64,000 bases of DNA from Rhodosorus marinus CCMP1338 (lineage: Eukaryota; Plantae; Rhodophyta). Location of the stretch: assembly GCA_029953675.1 (NCBI GenBank), contig JAMWBK010000005.1, forward strand, positions 682,001 to 746,000. The letters run 5' to 3'. This document shows, one piece after another, positions 61,291-64,000 of the stretch. A program made the translations under genes and the position numbers. A model generated the notes under the pieces. The model did not search any database. It was not told where the DNA came from and saw only the letters and a program-made list of their open reading frames with translations. Position 1 is the first letter of the stretch. Every line of letters starts with the position of its first letter.

Positions 61291-62249
61291 ATGAAGTATA
61301 CCGTTCTTTGTCTGTTGAGTGCCTGGTGGTTTGTGCAGCTGGTGCTGTGCGAAGTGAAGATGGGTGAGTTCGACCGATCGTCTTTTTTGTTGGGCTCTTT
61401 GACTTTTTGGGGAGGAGGGGGTGAATTTTCTCTTTTGGGTTGGTATCTATTTTGGTGTGGTTTTGTGTGTTTTTTCTTGTCTTCTGGATGCTAATTTCTC
61501 GTGGTGTATTCTGAATCTTCAGCTGTGAAGGAGGTATCCTACGGCTCTTCGATTAAACTTGCGCACAAAGAGACGGGGTATAGGCTTCATTCGCATGACG
61601 TAAAGTATGGCTCAGGATCTCGGGAGAATTCAGTTACTGGCAATAAATATGCCCATGATCCGAACTCGTTGTGGCTTGTGAAGCCCCAACACGGTAGGCG
61701 TCCCTCCGACATTGGCTGATGTTGGGAATTATTACTGATCGGCAGCCTTATTGTTTGTTCGCCCAGGCGCTCCTGTTCAGGAGCAGGGAACACCGGTAAA
61801 GTGTGGCGATACAATTAGGCTTGAGCACATCGAAACCGGGTGTAATCTTCACACGCACACTGTGAGATCGCCTCTCAGTTTGCAGTGGGAAGTATGTGCC
61901 GATGGATACCGTGACGAAGTATCTGATCCAGCAGACAACTTCAACGTGGTACGCGAGCTTCCATCAAACACAACTCGGAACGTGATTTGTGCAGCTTTCC
62001 TGAAAGCCTTTTTGTTCTTCTTCTCTCTCTCTCGCTCCTAAGGAATGTCTGGAGGGATCTGATCATTGGCTCCGTGGTGAACAGATCAGACTCAAACATC
62101 CAAATACGGGGTTGTATATTGGATCTTCGGCAAAGTATGCGTATGGAGCTCCAGTCCAGGGACAGCTGGAGATATTCTCCACTCGGGAAAAGTCGCAAGG
62201 TACCATTTGGTGGACAAAGGAAGGACTTTACTTCCCTGAGCATAACTGA
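61291..62249 (+). CDS. SDF2: Stromal cell-derived factor 2 (MIR-repeat ER protein), multi-exon
   Basis: Signal peptide MKYTVLCLLSAWWFVQLVLC; SYGSSIKLAHKETGYRLHSHDVKYGSGS; VKCGDTIRLEHIETGCNLHTH...SPLS; last exon ECLEGSDHWLRGEQIRLKH...KEGLYFPEHN* with stop at 62247-62249. Confidence 0.92.
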
Positions 62250-62431
62250 AGGCGTGGCGTGCAAGTCGAAGTTCCAATCGCCATAACTCCCGCAAGCAAC
62301 TCAGACTTGGATATGCTTTCCTCGTGCCGTTTCGATATTTTATAGAACGATTCTTCAATCAGTTCAAACATTCACAATAAATAGATGACACACGCAGCGA
62401 CATTCAGCGTTTCACCACCGAGCTGTAACTG

Positions 62432-63786
62432 TTACAGCTCGGTGGAAAGAAACTGTTCCAGCTTCTCTCCGAGGATTTCTAGCAGAGTCGGATGGGCACT
62501 GTGTCCAACACCTCCCAGCTCCGTGTAAGTAACGCTATCACAGTATTCAGATAATATCTTCGCGTCCCTCGCTGCCTTCTTCCGCGGAACCGACATATCC
62601 CTCTTGCCCTGTGCAAGTGTTACCAAATTACAGATTAGAAGCGCGCGTACGGGGTGCACATATGGAGCGATAGCCGTACCTGTAACATCACTATTGGAGT
62701 TGCTGGACTCGCTAAGGACATGCAACCAGGTAGATCAGTATGCAAAGCCAACCATGCACATAAACTGATGCAGGCCCCTAGCCGATTGTCGAACCTCAAC
62801 GCTGTGTTCACCGCTACTGCGCCCCCCTGTCCAAATCCCCCTATGACGATTCTTGACGCTGGAATACCGTTTTTAACTTCCTCGTCTATGATCGCCGAGA
62901 CGCGAGCCACCGAGCAAAGGATCCCTACCTTGTCCTCGGAGTTTTCGCTCGAATTTGCCCGTGTACCATACCAAGCTCTCTTCTTGGAGTCACGAATCAG
63001 TCCGACGACTTTCCGCCTCGGCGCGCAGGGCAGCACATATTTCACCTTGAGCTGCCCATGTCGAGCAAACGCTTCCACCCAATAGTCAGCATGCTCTCCG
63101 ATCTCGTGCAGGAAAATCACCGTGGCCGAGTGTTCCCCTTTCGGGGTCATGACAACTCCCTCAGAACCCCCACAGAATCCTAGGAAACACGCACGAAAGC
63201 GTAGACGTTAGTCTTGAGCCACTCGACCATGGTGAGGTGCGGACTGACTGTGACTCATACCTTTCCGGACGTCGTGCTCGAGAGGGAAACCGACCTCGTT
63301 TTCAGCCTTCCTCGAACCGAATCGCTCTGGGCGACTCCTCGGAGTCAATTGTTTGTCATTTTCACTGTTCTTGATGGGGAAAGCCTGAACATCGTCTGCC
63401 GGTGGATCCGCACCATGGTTGATGTCCTTGAAAGTTACTTGGACATTGTTACCCACGATATCATATGCAGAATTGGTCGCCCTGCTGACCGAGCCTCGTG
63501 ATATTCCTGCATCTTCCTGCATGAACGTATGGGAACCAGTTTCCCTTCCAAGGAAGCTCTTAAACGAAAACCCTCTCACTCCATGTTCCGAGTTGATGGT
63601 GTCCCGTGCCTCCTCTTCTTGCGGAGGGGGTTTATTGCTGGGTTCAAAGTATTCCTGCAACCAGGGCTGGTTCGTCGAAAGGGGCTGGAAATCCTCATCG
63701 AATTCGTCGTCGGCATCCTCGAATAGGCCGTCACTTCCAAGGCTTTCATCAGAAACCCCAATTTCAGGCTCGCCTAGGCTCGTCAT
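62432..63786 (-). CDS. Acyl-protein thioesterase/lysophospholipase (APT1/LYPLA)-like protein with a long acidic N-terminal extension; nucleophile Ser absent
   Basis: Intron 63180-63260 (phase 1) fuses the 63786 ORF in frame to HSATVIFLH...KYVLPCAP...AWY...EEVKNGIPASRIVIGGFGQGGA. Intron 62609-62679 leads to GKRDMSVP...GVGHS. Confidence 0.8.
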
Positions 63787-64000
63787 TGTTCAGAATGTAG
63801 CCTCAAGCTGCTTGCCAGCAGGTAAACAAGTGCGGTAACCCCGAGGTGTCATAAATCAGATGAGACCATACCTCACGAGATACATACACTCAAAACAACT
63901 CTTCTCGCTGTATCGGCGAGTACCTCAGGAAGTGCGCTTTTAGAATCACAATGGAAACCTGTACCTCGGAGTAGTGACAATTACGGAAGACACTGCCTAG

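Noticed and set aside
1-64000. CRISPR arrays, rRNA/tRNA genes, intact transposons, Fanzor/TnpB or viral genes
   Set aside because: No repeat-spacer arrays, cloverleafs, rRNA signatures, or RT/integrase/RuvC/capsid motifs were seen. The many other short ORFs in the track are antisense or alternative-frame shadows of the listed genes.

Overview
Gene-dense eukaryotic nuclear DNA, most likely from a photosynthetic alga. A red alga is inferred from a nucleus-encoded CyanoQ/PsbQ-like lumen protein whose N-terminus (MDHLGFVASG) looks like a plastid transit peptide, from short GT-AG introns (mostly about 60-90 nt, with CTAAC/CTGAC-type branch points), and from short AT-rich promoter gaps. About 24 protein-coding genes can be supported: BI-1, PEX1, glucose-6-P 1-epimerase, PEN-2, p47/UBX, UFD2, DCP2, SRAP/HMCES, a PH-kinase, an LPAT/LCLAT acyltransferase, ETHE1, the PsbQ-like protein, LplA, UTP4, aspartyl aminopeptidase, VPS52, a Gly-rich small protein, FMO, a PRL phosphatase, a WD40/coiled-coil protein, SEH1, a double-AAA ATPase, SDF2 and an APT1-like hydrolase. 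I found no rRNA, tRNA, CRISPR array, intact transposon or viral gene, and no clear novel multi-gene system. The best leads are: (i) three apparent pseudoenzymes (PH-kinase, APT1-like hydrolase, AAA ATPase) and an ETHE1 lacking its conserved Cys and targeting peptide; (ii) two unexplained structured non-coding elements (about 1.35-1.49 kb and 8.49-8.61 kb); (iii) two degenerate repeat relics, mostly at about 200-bp spacing; (iv) perfect micro-tandem duplications at gene ends. Gene boundaries were spliced by eye, so internal exon limits are approximate.
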